DNA of 64,000 nucleotides. Origin: an uncultured Acidobacteriota bacterium (GTDB lineage: Bacteria > Acidobacteriota > Blastocatellia > RBC074). How positions within the stretch are numbered: position 1 is the first letter of the stretch; each line of letters starts with the position of its first letter. Below the pieces are notes generated by a model. It made no database searches. It saw only the letters and a program-made list of their open reading frames with translations, and was not told the DNA's origin. Shown one piece after another: positions 33,537-43,812 of the stretch. The stretch is from assembly GCA_963796275.1 (NCBI GenBank), contig CAWCKY010000003.1, positions 1,600,001 to 1,664,000 of the forward strand, in the 5' to 3' direction. Position numbers and translations under genes: made by a program.

Positions 33537-35682
33537 TGGACCCTCCTTTCTTTTCGAGCGCCGCGAGCACGCGATCCGGCGTCAATGGGATGTTCGGTAC
33601 GCGCACTCCGATGGCGTTGGCAACCGCGTTTGAGATGGCGGCGCCGGGCGAGATGGTCGGAGGTTCGCCGAGGCCGATCACGCCGCGCTCGTCATAGCCT
33701 TTGCCGGTCATCATATGAACCTTGAATTCGCCGATGTCAGCCAGCCCCGCGAGCTTGTAAAACTCCATGTTCGGGTTGAGCATGCGGCCGGTCTGATCGT
33801 CCATGATCTTCTCTTCATAGAGCGAATAACAGACGCCCATGATCATCGCGCCGTAGACCTGGCTCTCGGCGGTCTTCAGATCGATGATCAATCCGCAATC
33901 CTGGACGGCGACGAAGCGGTTCATCTTGACGATGCCCGTCTCGATATCGACCGATACGTCGGCCATCTGAGCTCCGCCGACGCCGCCAACTGCGAGCGTC
34001 TCTTTCCCCGGCTGTTTCCCGCGCGCTGTGACCGGCTGCGTGCCGAGCTTCGCACAAGCCTGCTTCCAGGTCATGCTCTTGCTCGAGTCGCCGATGACCT
34101 GAATCTTGCCGCCGACTGCTTCGAGCTTATCCGGTGTGGTATTCATCGCGGGTGCGACTTTTGCCAGCAACTCGTTGAGCGCATCGATCGAGCCGCGCCG
34201 AGTCGATGAACTGACGCCGCCGATCGTGGTCGAGCCGCCCGATCCGCCGGAAGGCGGTAGCTTGTTATCGCCGATATGAACCTTGACGGCTTCGAACGGC
34301 AGACCGAGGGTCTCCGCCGCGACGATCTGGATCGCCGTGCGAGTGCCGGTGCCCAGGTCCTGGGTGCCGAGCTTGACGTCGACCGCTCCGTCGGGATGGA
34401 TCGTCACATCGCAATCGCTCCCGTGCGGGGTGCCTCCCCAGGTATGGATCGAAAGACCCAGCCCGCGTTTGATCGTCCTGGTGCTGCCGGAAGCGCCTTC
34501 GCCGCGCGGCCTCCAGTTCTTCTTCCAATCGATCAACTCCGCGGCCTTGAGCAGTTCTTCTTTGTAGACGTTAGCGCGAGTGCCGGTCAACTCGATGTTC
34601 TTGATGAAAAAATCGAGCGGGTCCAGATTCAACTTGGCCGCTAAATCTTCGAGCGCGCCCATCGTGATCAGGGCTGCCTGCGGATGGTTGGGAGCGCGCC
34701 ATGCGCGCTGCGGGCCGACATTGGTGCTGATGCTATTGTGCTTGGTTTTTCGGTTCGGAATAACGAAGACATAAGGGTATGGAGGTGAATTAGCACCACC
34801 CACGCCTCCGCTGCCCCACGATTCCGACTCCCAGGCGACGATCGTGCCGTCTTTCTTGGCGCCGATTTTTACCCGCGCATAAGCTGACGGGCGCGATCCC
34901 GCGACCATCAACTCGGCGTCACGTTCGAGCATCAACTTAACCGGCTTGCCTTCGACTGTCCGGGATACGCGGGCTGCTTCAGCTCCCCAGGGGTCGACCG
35001 GGAACTTGCTGCCGAAGCCGCCGCCGACATGATCCATCTTAATATGCACATTGGCTGCGGGTATGTTCATCAGCTTGGCATACTGCCGCCGTATTCGCCG
35101 AGACAGACTGCGTAGAAGGATGAACCAATAGAGTTCTCGCCCTCCCACTCAGCGATTATGCCGTGAGACTCGAGGCAGCAATGAGTGATGACGGAGTTAC
35201 CGTAAAGTCCCTCGATGATAACTTCGGCTTCTTTGAACGCCGCGTCGGGCTCGCCATTGGCTTGCTCTGATGGCGGACGGAGGTTACCAGCCGGCACCTT
35301 TTCCAGATCGCTTTCGTTGACGAGGTGCGGGAGTTTCTCGAACTCCACTTTGATCGCGCGGATCGCATCCGTCTGCCGTCGGTTCATCCACTGCAGCCAC
35401 GAATACGATGTCAGCGCCGGCCCACTGGATCTCGGCCCCTTCCTTCTGCATAATCGAGATTTTCTTGACGCCGGGCATCTTTTCAGCCGCGCTGATGTCG
35501 ATCTTGGTGATCTTCGCGTGCGCGTATGGCGAGCGCAGTATCTTTCCGAAGAGCATCCCGGGACGGTTGATGTCAAAGGTGTATTTCGCCTTGCCGCTGA
35601 CCTTGTCCGGTCCGTCCACGCGCGAAATGCGTTTGCCGATCAATGAACGCTTGCCCTCTTCGGGCCATTTATACTCAGCCAT
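33523..35682 (-). CDS. Molybdenum hydroxylase Moco-binding subunit (PaoC/XdhA-like); about 3 indels at 35085-35375
   Basis: RVDGPDKVSGKAKY, LRSPYAHA, GGGFGSK, WRAPNHPQ, QDLGTG, SGGSTT and catalytic GLGEPP; spread over three ORFs. Confidence 0.9.
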
Positions 35683-36328
35683 TGCGCATACCTCCTTTCT
35701 TTCCTGTGGCAACCTGCGCGATGGCGGCCTTGATGCCGACATACGTGCCGCAGCGGCAGAGGTTGCCGCCCAATCCCTCACTGATCTGCTCGGGAGTGGG
35801 GTTGGGATGTTCATCGAGCAGCGCCTTGCACGCCATAACGAAACCGGGCGTGCAGAAGCCGCACTGCTGTCCGTCGTTGTCGACGAATGCTTGCTGAATC
35901 GGGTGGAGCTTCCCGTCGCGCGCGAGACCCTCGACGGTCTGAATCTTCTTCCCCTGCGCCTCAATGGCGAGAACCGTGCATGCATAGACCGGCTTGCCGT
36001 CCATGATCATCGTGCATGCGCCGCAGGTGGCGCGATCGCAGACGCGCTTCGCGCCTGTGATGTCCAGATCGTTCCGGAGCGCATCGAGCAGCGTCACTCG
36101 CGGCTCGATGCTGGCATTCTTCTTGGCGCCGTTGATGTTGAGAGTAATGTCCACTTTTCCCGGGCCGAGGACGGGAACATCCGCTCCGCCGGCTTTCACG
36201 ATCTTTTCGCTTTTTGCTACGATCGGAATCGTGAGAGCTACGCCTGTGCCCTTGAGGAAATTGCGGCGCGACACCCCACTCTCTGGCGTTTCATCCGGAG
36301 TGTCTGGCCGTTCTTCAGGATTGCTCAT
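35675..36328 (-). CDS. Molybdenum hydroxylase 2x[2Fe-2S] subunit with Tat signal (PaoA/YagT-like)
   Basis: SRRNFLK twin-arginine motif; CDRATCGACT, QCGFCTPG and GNLCRCG. Confidence 0.95.
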   Translation of the reverse strand: MSNPEERPDTPDETPESGVSRRNFLKGTGVALTIPIVAKSEKIVKAGGADVPVLGPGKVDITLNINGAKKNASIEPRVTLLDALRNDLDITGAKRVCDRATCGACTMIMDGKPVYACTVLAIEAQGKKIQTVEGLARDGKLHPIQQAFVDNDGQQCGFCTPGFVMACKALLDEHPNPTPEQISEGLGGNLCRCGTYVGIKAAIAQVATGKKGGMRNG

Positions 36329-36539
36329 CAGCTACCTCCGTAAGGTTGGTAAGTTCATAGATTTCTTTTGGAGATCACGGGAGATAATAAATAACCTTGC
36401 AACTTATTATTTCAAATTAGCTCAAAAACCCAGACGCGATCGCTGGTTGTTTGGTTTCAGATAGAACTTGAATTGCCGTTGAAATGCGTACGCGGGAGTA
36501 TAACAACTGAAATGACAGAGTGACAAGCATCCATTAAGT

Positions 36540-36607
36540 CAGTTTTCAGTTTTTAGTTTTTAGTTCGAGTTATCAACTGAAAACTAAAAACTGAAAACTA
36601 AAAACTA
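36540..36607. repeat. Heptamer-built inverted repeat ((C/T)AGTTTT)n...(AAAACT(G/A))n
   Basis: cagttttcagtttttagtttttagtt followed by aactgaaaactaaaaactgaaaactaaaaact. Confidence 0.88.
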
Positions 36608-36608
36608 A

Positions 36609-37596
36609 TCAATCGCGGGTCAGTTTGAAGATCGGCGCCGGGATCTTTTCGCTGGTCGTGACGATCGATCTTCCATCCAGCGTATAACTGATGGCTTCGC
36701 CCTGCCGCAGGAGCGGAAGCTTGATCGACTTCAGCTCTGATTTGAAGATGGTCTCGAAATTGCCCTTGCCACTGGTTCGCGCCAATTCATATGCGCCGAA
36801 GTATGTCCTGATCACCACTCGATTGCCGTCCGGGGAAACAGCCGCTCCGGTTACCATCAGCAGCTTCGAAATTTGATCGGACGCTTCACCCGTCACTTTT
36901 TCGAGCGTCACTTTCTCTTTCGGACGGAGCGGCAGCGGGAAGCGATAGACGCCGCCTGTTGAAGACATGGATTTGGTTATGAGATACGGCCTCCCGTTTT
37001 TTGGATCGACGAAGAGCGCTTCGGCATCGTGCCGTCCGTCAGGATAACGAAAAGGGAACGCCTCAGCATTTTCCGTCGCGCCGTCCTTCACACCTTTGGG
37101 GCCATTCGGGGAGAGCGTGGGTTCTTTGATCCGGTAGATCGTCAGGTCATCGCGCTTCCGGGAGTTATTGCCGGAATCGGCCAGGTAGAGCATCGGTTTT
37201 TTATTCACGTCTATGTAGCTCGCCATATCCTCCCAATCGCGGTTGCGCGCGCCCGTGACAGTGAACCGCCCGTGCAGCTTACCGCTCGAGTCGATCAAAT
37301 AGATGCGGGCCTTGTCTCCGCTGTCGTTATGTACCCACCACAGGCCCTTGGCAGTGCGGCTCGGCGTCATGCCCGGAGATCTCAGCCAGAGATTGGCTCG
37401 TTATCGTGCCGATCTGTGTCGCCTCGCCGTATGTTACTGCTGCCGGAGGTAGCGGTTTCATCTTGCGCGAAAATCCAGGAGAGAGGGCGAAACAGACGAA
37501 AATCAGGACCGCGAGCGGTAGCGAACGTTTCCATCGCAATCTGTCCCTGAGCGAGACTCGCCCAGTGCCGTTCGCGTAAATGATTTTCGTCATCAT
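36609..37596 (-). CDS. Exported beta-propeller protein (HNDSG/DWED type, phytase/SdiA-regulated-like); frameshift near 37372
   Basis: ORFs join as LAEISG-MTPSR; WVHNDSG, NRDWEDMA, DSGNN, DAEALF and QGEAI. Confidence 0.78.
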
Positions 37597-37624
37597 TCTT
37601 TCTTCCTCCTATTACTCCAATGTA

Positions 37625-38437
37625 TTACTTCAACGTACCAATCCCTTTCCGGAAGGCGCGCGGCGTCAAGCCCGTCGCTTCGCGGAAAATTTTGGTAAAG
37701 TGGCTCTGGCTAGCGTACCCGACCCGCGCTCCTACTTCAATTATCGACAGGTCCGTCTCCGCCAGCAGTCGGCGAGCCCGCTCGATCCGCAATAAAGCGA
37801 GATAGGCGTGCGGGGTCATTCCTGAGAATTTTTTAAATAACCGTGCGAAATGAAATTCGCTCAGGTAAGCGTTGGCGGCGATCTCGGACAGATTCAATTC
37901 GCGGCCGCAGTTGTCGTGCATGAATTCGATCGAACGTCGCAATCGCCGGTCGAGAATGCCGGCGCGCGACAGTTCGATCTCATCGGAACGTTGGACGTTG
38001 ATGTGTGTGCGCAGCAGGTAGACGGTGAGCTGGTCGATCAACGATCGGATCACTTCGCGCCAACCGGCGTCGCCATTATCGATCTCGGCTTGTATCGATT
38101 CGACGGTGTTGCGCAGGCGTACGTCATCGGCCAGCGGGCTTAACGGATTGCGAAAGAGCAAATGCGCCCCAGTGCTGTAAAGACGCAGCCTCGCCGCGGT
38201 CTCGATCAGCAGTCTGGGGGCGAGGCGGATAAGCATTATCTCGCTCCGCCGCCGCTCCGGTGCGAGGGTTACCGGCTGGTCCGGATTGGCGAGCAGGCTG
38301 ATCCGGTCGGCGGAACGGGATCCGAGAAAGTGAACCATCAGGAAATCTGGCCGCGGCGGTAGCTCACACGTCTTCCTGCTAAGTATCCGCCGTTCGATGG
38401 AAAATGAGGGCTCGATGATGATCTGCGGTGGAGACAT
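37625..38437 (-). CDS. AraC family transcriptional regulator
   Basis: C-terminal double HTH: LSEFHFARLFK...VGYASQSHFTKIFR..TGLTP. Confidence 0.93.
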   Translation of the reverse strand: MSPPQIIIEPSFSIERRILSRKTCELPPRPDFLMVHFLGSRSADRISLLANPDQPVTLAPERRRSEIMLIRLAPRLLIETAARLRLYSTGAHLLFRNPLSPLADDVRLRNTVESIQAEIDNGDAGWREVIRSLIDQLTVYLLRTHINVQRSDEIELSRAGILDRRLRRSIEFMHDNCGRELNLSEIAANAYLSEFHFARLFKKFSGMTPHAYLALLRIERARRLLAETDLSIIEVGARVGYASQSHFTKIFREATGLTPRAFRKGIGTLK

Positions 38438-39129
38438 TCACTCGTACTCAAGCGTGAGGTCTGCCTTGACGCTCTTCCCATATATAAGAGCGTGACGATT
38501 GCTGATAATGACATAATATGTGCCGGGCCGGGCAATCGGAATAAAGACGTTCATACTGTTCATCACCAAGGCCCGGTATTGATTGGAGAATCGCCTTTTC
38601 CGATTAGAAAAATCCTGAAGCCCCTGATCGTCGACGACGATCAGCTCGATGTCATTTGCCCCGCCGCCTTCGACGCTCACTTTTCCGGTGATCCGCGGAT
38701 TTTGAAGAGTATCCTCTATAACGAAGCGATATGGACGGAACTGCCTCCGGCCCAGCCCCAGTGAGTTGGCTACGATCTTGCGCGTCGATACCGGGGGAGG
38801 CTGGTCTGTCGGAGTTGGCGTTGGTCTTGACGATTCGACCACGACTACGGGCAGCGTCGGAGAGCCTTTCGGCGAAGAACTGTTCGACGTCACGGACGGA
38901 GCAGGCGAAGCCGAACCATTCGCCGAATTCGCGAGATTCCGGTTGATGTTGGTAGCCAGCGAATCTCTGAAGAAACTCAAGGCGGCAATGCTCAACGAAA
39001 GCGCGGCAGCGCAACAGGCGAGAACCAGCATCTTGTTGGAGATGCCAGACGCATGCACGATCTTCTCACCGCACCGCGTACAGAAGGTAGATTCTTCGGG
39101 ATCTTCATCCCGCATTTCGAACAGAACAC
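38438..39129 (-). CDS. Zinc-ribbon, single-TM protein with Pro/Ser/Thr linker and C-terminal beta-sandwich; frameshift near 39100
   Basis: Restoring one C in ATCCC(C)GAA gives MFCSKCGMKIPEESTFCTRCG from GTG at 39129; PGTYYVIISN. Confidence 0.75.
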
Positions 39130-39169
39130 AGCCGAGAACCTTTCCGGCTCGTAAAAAGGAGCTCTCTCG

Positions 39170-40766
39170 CTACAGGGGGGTATAGACTCGGTAGTCGATT
39201 TCCTGAAAGATTGTATCTTTTTTCTCGACGTCCGCAAGCCACCCCTCGTCTATCTGGTTGTGATTGATCATCTCGTAAATGCGGGTGAAGCGATGTATAT
39301 GATCTTTGAACCGCTTCACCGCGTACTGCACCATCGTACCGGTCGTGATGATGAACGCCCAATCCGACGATTGCGCGAGCAGCAGTTCGCGCGCCGCCTG
39401 GTTCAATGCGCGCCGAAGCAGACCATCTGCGGAAGGGAATCGTTCCGCCAACTCGACCATCCTGCGCTCCGCGGCGTGCTGGTGCAGGTACATCCAATCC
39501 GTCTGCCCGTTTATCCATACGCGGTTGTAGCCTTCAGCGCCCCAGGAAGAAGCCGATGGCGTCTGGTTCTGATTCTCGGGATATAGCGACAGGTAGTCGA
39601 TCGGAGATATGGTTTGAATGTCATCCTGATCGTAATGGATCTTCTTGAACAGATAGAAGAGAAACCGCGGTCCCTCGAACCACCAGTGACCGAACAATTC
39701 TGCATCGTAAGGCGCCATGATGATCGGTGCGCGGCCCAGCGTGTGATTGAGGTGGCGCGCCTGCTCCTGGCGGTTGAACATAAAGTTGCCGGCGTGATCG
39801 GCGGCCCGCCCCCTCGCCCAATCCGGCACATATGGCTCCTTCTCGTGTAACGCGACCTTGCCCGTGATGCGGTGATACTTGAAGCCCACATTGCGCCGCA
39901 CTCCATCGTCGTGCAGATACGGTTTGATGTAATCGTAATCGCTCGCATCGTAACCGAGGTCGCGATAAAACTCGCGGTAGAGAGGATCGCCGGGATATCC
40001 GATCTGTGAGCTCCATACCTGTTCGCTGGTTTCCGTGTCGCGCGCAAAGACGGCGATGCCTTCGGGAGTTATTACCGGCGCATAGATTCCTCGCCTCGGC
40101 CGCGGATTGCCGTAAAGAATCGCGTGTGCGTCGGCGATGAAGAAGTTGATCCCAGCTTCGCGCAAATGCCGGTCATCGCCAGGATTGAATGCACATTCGG
40201 CCAGCCAGATGCCGCGCGGCGGCCGGCCGAAATGTTTCAGGTAATTTTCACACGCGATCCGGAATCTGCGCGCGCTTGACGATCTCGTTCGACATCAGCG
40301 GCAGGAACCCATGCGTCGCGCCGCACGTGATTATCTCCAGACAGCCATCATCCTGGAGTTCGCGGAAGCCGCCTAAGATTTGGCGATGATAAGTATTTTC
40401 GAAAACATCGCGGCATTCGTTGAAATGGCTGCGATACATCAATGCTGCCGAATAGAAGTTCGGTTCATACTTTTTGGTCCGCTCGACCTCTTTTTCCGCC
40501 AGCTCGCACAGCTTATTGAGATGGTTCAGGTAGCGATCCTGCAATAACGGATCGGCAAGCATCTCGCACAACGGCGGAGTCATCGACATGGTCATGCGGA
40601 ACTTCACGCCTTCGTCGCGCAGCTGCTTGAACGCTGAGAGCAAGGGAATGTAGGTTTCGCTTATCGCTTCGTAAAGCCAGTCCTCTTCCAGGAAATCCGG
40701 ATATTCTGGATGGCGCACGAATGGCAGATGCGCGTGAAGGATCAAACTGAGGTATCCGATAGACAT
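39170..40766 (-). CDS. GH57 glycogen branching enzyme (DUF1957); frameshift near 40262
   Basis: LHAHLPFVRHP, ETYIP, THGFLP, restored GIWLAECA, YDAELFGHWWFEGP and AQSSDWAF. Confidence 0.92.
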
Positions 40767-40910
40767 AATTGATAATTGATAATTGATAATTGATAGTTGT
40801 TAGATCAGAGTTGATAGCGGACAAATTTCGATTTGCGGGTTTCAATTCTTAGCTGAAACTCGATCGCTCAGCTATCAACTATCAAAAATCAACTATCAAC
40901 TATCAACTAT
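40767..40910. repeat. Heptamer-built inverted repeat (AATTGAT)n...(CTATCAA)n
   Basis: (aattgat)x4 abutting the GH57 start codon; ctatcaa repeats at 40872-40909. Confidence 0.88.
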
Positions 40911-40924
40911 TTCAGTCTCCCGTT

Positions 40925-41890
40925 TCAGGGCCGATCTTCTCTTTTCCACCACAAATCGCCGCGATGCATATTAGCAAAGCTTCGCGACGGATTGAGGAAA
41001 GTCCTCGCAACAATAATAAACGTGCGATTTTTGATTTTACTTTCAAGCCAGCGAATAAGATAGCGATCGAGAATGTCCTCGCCGACCAGCCAAGCGGTAC
41101 CCATCGTCGGGGTAACGATCAGGTCCACCCAGCCCATCGGATGCCGGGATTTTTCCGTCGGTTTCTGCCCGACATTCCCCAGCGATGCCTCACTGATCGG
41201 ACCGAGCTCGAATTGCGTGCTATAGGCGGCAGCCCACGCCATGGCTCGCATGCGGCTTTTCCAGTATTTCTTGTTGTTGAGACCGACCTCCTGCTTGATC
41301 CCTTTCGGGTCATTCTGTATCTGGATGTAGCCTGCAACCGAGCCACCCATCGGATGGCCTATATAATTTACCAGGAATTCGTCTCCATCGCCCCAGCCGC
41401 GCAGGCTCTGCACGCTCGCCCAGTAATCTTTGAAGAACGGCCCTCTCAACTCCGATCGCGTCCCCGCCTCGGTCGCAAATCTGAAGCCATGACAGATAGC
41501 GAGGAAGAGCGTCGATTGCGCTATCGCGTTATTCCAATCGAACGACTCGGTCGGATCGGCCGGTTGAATGTCCTGACCGATATCGAGCGTATTATCGGGG
41601 AGCGACTGATCCAGCTTCTCGCCATTCTTTTCCTTTATGTCCGGTGGAGATTGTGGCTGAAAGCGAAATATGGGCGGCCTCAGAATGACCCGCCCATCGT
41701 AGTTCGGGCTTAATTGAGTTTTGCAGTCAAAATCAAGACACGCCTCTTTCCCGAATAGATGTGAAGGCTGCCAACTGTCCTGAGCCATCGATCTGATGGC
41801 GATGTTCAAACAGACCAATGGCGTAATAACAGCAATGACAAGTATCCGAGCCACGTGCGGGGCACACAAACAACAATCCATTCGTTTCAT
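40925..41890 (-). CDS. Exported/membrane protein, DUF3943-like
   Basis: WGDGDEFLVNYIGHPMGGS, FELGPISEAS and DLIVTP; signal-like N-terminus. Confidence 0.65.
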   Translation of the reverse strand: MKRMDCCLCAPHVARILVIAVITPLVCLNIAIRSMAQDSWQPSHLFGKEACLDFDCKTQLSPNYDGRVILRPPIFRFQPQSPPDIKEKNGEKLDQSLPDNTLDIGQDIQPADPTESFDWNNAIAQSTLFLAICHGFRFATEAGTRSELRGPFFKDYWASVQSLRGWGDGDEFLVNYIGHPMGGSVAGYIQIQNDPKGIKQEVGLNNKKYWKSRMRAMAWAAAYSTQFELGPISEASLGNVGQKPTEKSRHPMGWVDLIVTPTMGTAWLVGEDILDRYLIRWLESKIKNRTFIIVARTFLNPSRSFANMHRGDLWWKREDRP

Positions 41891-42330
41891 GCAAAAAGCA
41901 ACCTGAACGAGTCAGAAAGTGGTTTTCACGATTATCGGGTTATGTCATTAAAGCAATGTGGGTGGCTTTTCATTGCTGAAAGTTGAGTGACGCTAATGAG
42001 CTTACACGCTGAGTTTAATGTTGGTCAAGTTGAACGGCAGGTCGAGCGCTGAACAGAAGCCGCAACAGAATAAGACAGAAAACAAATCGAGAGCAGGAAC
42101 CCACACTTACTGTACTATGCGCATCACTTTCCGGCTCTTTACCCCGAAGGGCTAAAGAAGGTAGCGAGGGGTTGGGCACAGCGTAAACCCATGGTGGATA
42201 TGTCAGATTGATCCGCAATCTGAAGGGATGCGATACTCTTGGGGGACGGTTCCAGGGGGGGCCGCTACGCTTAGGTTATATTTCAACCCCCGAGCGCTAC
42301 CATTTTGTGAGATTGAATTTTACGGTGAAG

Positions 42331-43326
42331 CTAGGACGGCGGTTGTGGGATTTCTTCCGAAGAAGGCGCGAGATTCATTTCGGATGAACTTTGCCCGAGT
42401 CTTTCCGCGAAGTAGAGAGACATCGGTTTATCGATCTGAATCTCGTTTTCGCCCCCGTTCACGCTTTCCGATTGAATCGAGCGACGCAGCAGCTCGGGAA
42501 GATAACGGAGCAGTAGCATGTAACCCAGCTCCCCGTCACCCATCTCTCTGATGACATCCAGGAATTCGCGCACCATTACAGCCAGGTCTTCCTGACTCGA
42601 TCGCTCCCACCATTTATCGTAATCGCGTCCAGTCTGAACATCCGCGATGACCTTTATAACTCGCCGGAATGAGACGGGCAGGGAATCCCAAATAGCGTTG
42701 CGCGCTGCCGGCGGAACCGCGCCGTCACCGGGAAGCAGCCCGTCGAGCGTAAATGATCGGGCCGGTATCAGATGGCTTTCGCGCAGTACACGTAAATAGT
42801 CATCGGCCGTCACCCGGTACTCGGGCTCCTCTGCGATTTGATCCGATGGTGCGCCGCGCGGTGTCAGCACGGTCTGTGAGGTGAGCAGTTTGATAAATCC
42901 GAAAACCGGAGAACGCAGCCCCAGTTCGATACGATATTGCCGGTCAGGGAAGACGTCGAACCAGTAATCGCGTGCGAATGCCGCATCGAAATAGACCGCG
43001 ATATTGTTGGTCTCATCGATCAGTTTGATGGAGGTATGAAAATTGCCAATCTCATCGTCGGGAAATATCCTGTGCAGCCTGTCGAACGGGTTATCTTTTA
43101 ATTGCCAGTAAACGAAGATACGGAACGGATCCTGCACCAGAGCATGCATCATATCGAAGTCATAATGCGACGGGATCGGCAGCCCCGTATCGATGATGGG
43201 TTCGGCCGGAATCTCTTCCGCAGCCTCCAGGATTTCCGCCGGAACTTCATCCTCGACGACGACGGGCTCGAATGGATTGCGCCCTGCGGCCGGAATTAAC
43301 GATGATAGATCGAAGAAGAATGGCAC
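42331..43326 (-). CDS. DUF4912 domain protein
   Basis: LPIPSHY..ALVQDPFRIFVYWQL, YWFDV..YRIELG and TPRGAPSD; near GH57. Confidence 0.8.
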   Translation of the reverse strand: MPFFFDLSSLIPAAGRNPFEPVVVEDEVPAEILEAAEEIPAEPIIDTGLPIPSHYDFDMMHALVQDPFRIFVYWQLKDNPFDRLHRIFPDDEIGNFHTSIKLIDETNNIAVYFDAAFARDYWFDVFPDRQYRIELGLRSPVFGFIKLLTSQTVLTPRGAPSDQIAEEPEYRVTADDYLRVLRESHLIPARSFTLDGLLPGDGAVPPAARNAIWDSLPVSFRRVIKVIADVQTGRDYDKWWERSSQEDLAVMVREFLDVIREMGDGELGYMLLLRYLPELLRRSIQSESVNGGENEIQIDKPMSLYFAERLGQSSSEMNLAPSSEEIPQPPS

Positions 43327-43812
43327 TGATCTTCACTCCCAAAGTGTTGAATCGCGCAGCGAGCTTATGAGCGGTTGCTCCGTATGTCAAGCAAACAGTG
43401 CAAAATAGACCTTTAATATCGGTCGTTTGAAACTTTATGTAACCCATTATTAATATTTACTGTATCCCCGAATTCAAGCTGATTACCACTCCACGACACA
43501 TCATACGATCCCTTCGGAGATATATCCTCCCCGAATTTGAAAGCTACCCAATTATCATTAACGCGAACTTATAGTTTAATTTAGCGAGCCACCCTGCCGC
43601 GCTGTTGCTGTATCAATGCGTGTGTGATAAAAAATCGCAACCTTAGCCAGGGTTCATGTTTTCAGAACCTAGATTATAAATTTAAAAAAGTAGAACGCCA
43701 CGCCAAGAGGTTGATAGAGGCAGAAGAACCAGAGTAGTGAATACTTTTGAGGAATCTCATTTCCGGCATTTCTGTATTCACAGTATTTATCAAAACCGTA
43801 TAGGAGAACACA

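Noticed and set aside
32607-33725. 372-aa plus-strand ORF and similar long antisense ORFs (712..1536, 36343-ending, 40964..41713)
   Set aside because: Shadow ORFs opposite well-supported genes in GC-rich DNA, with no recognisable motifs
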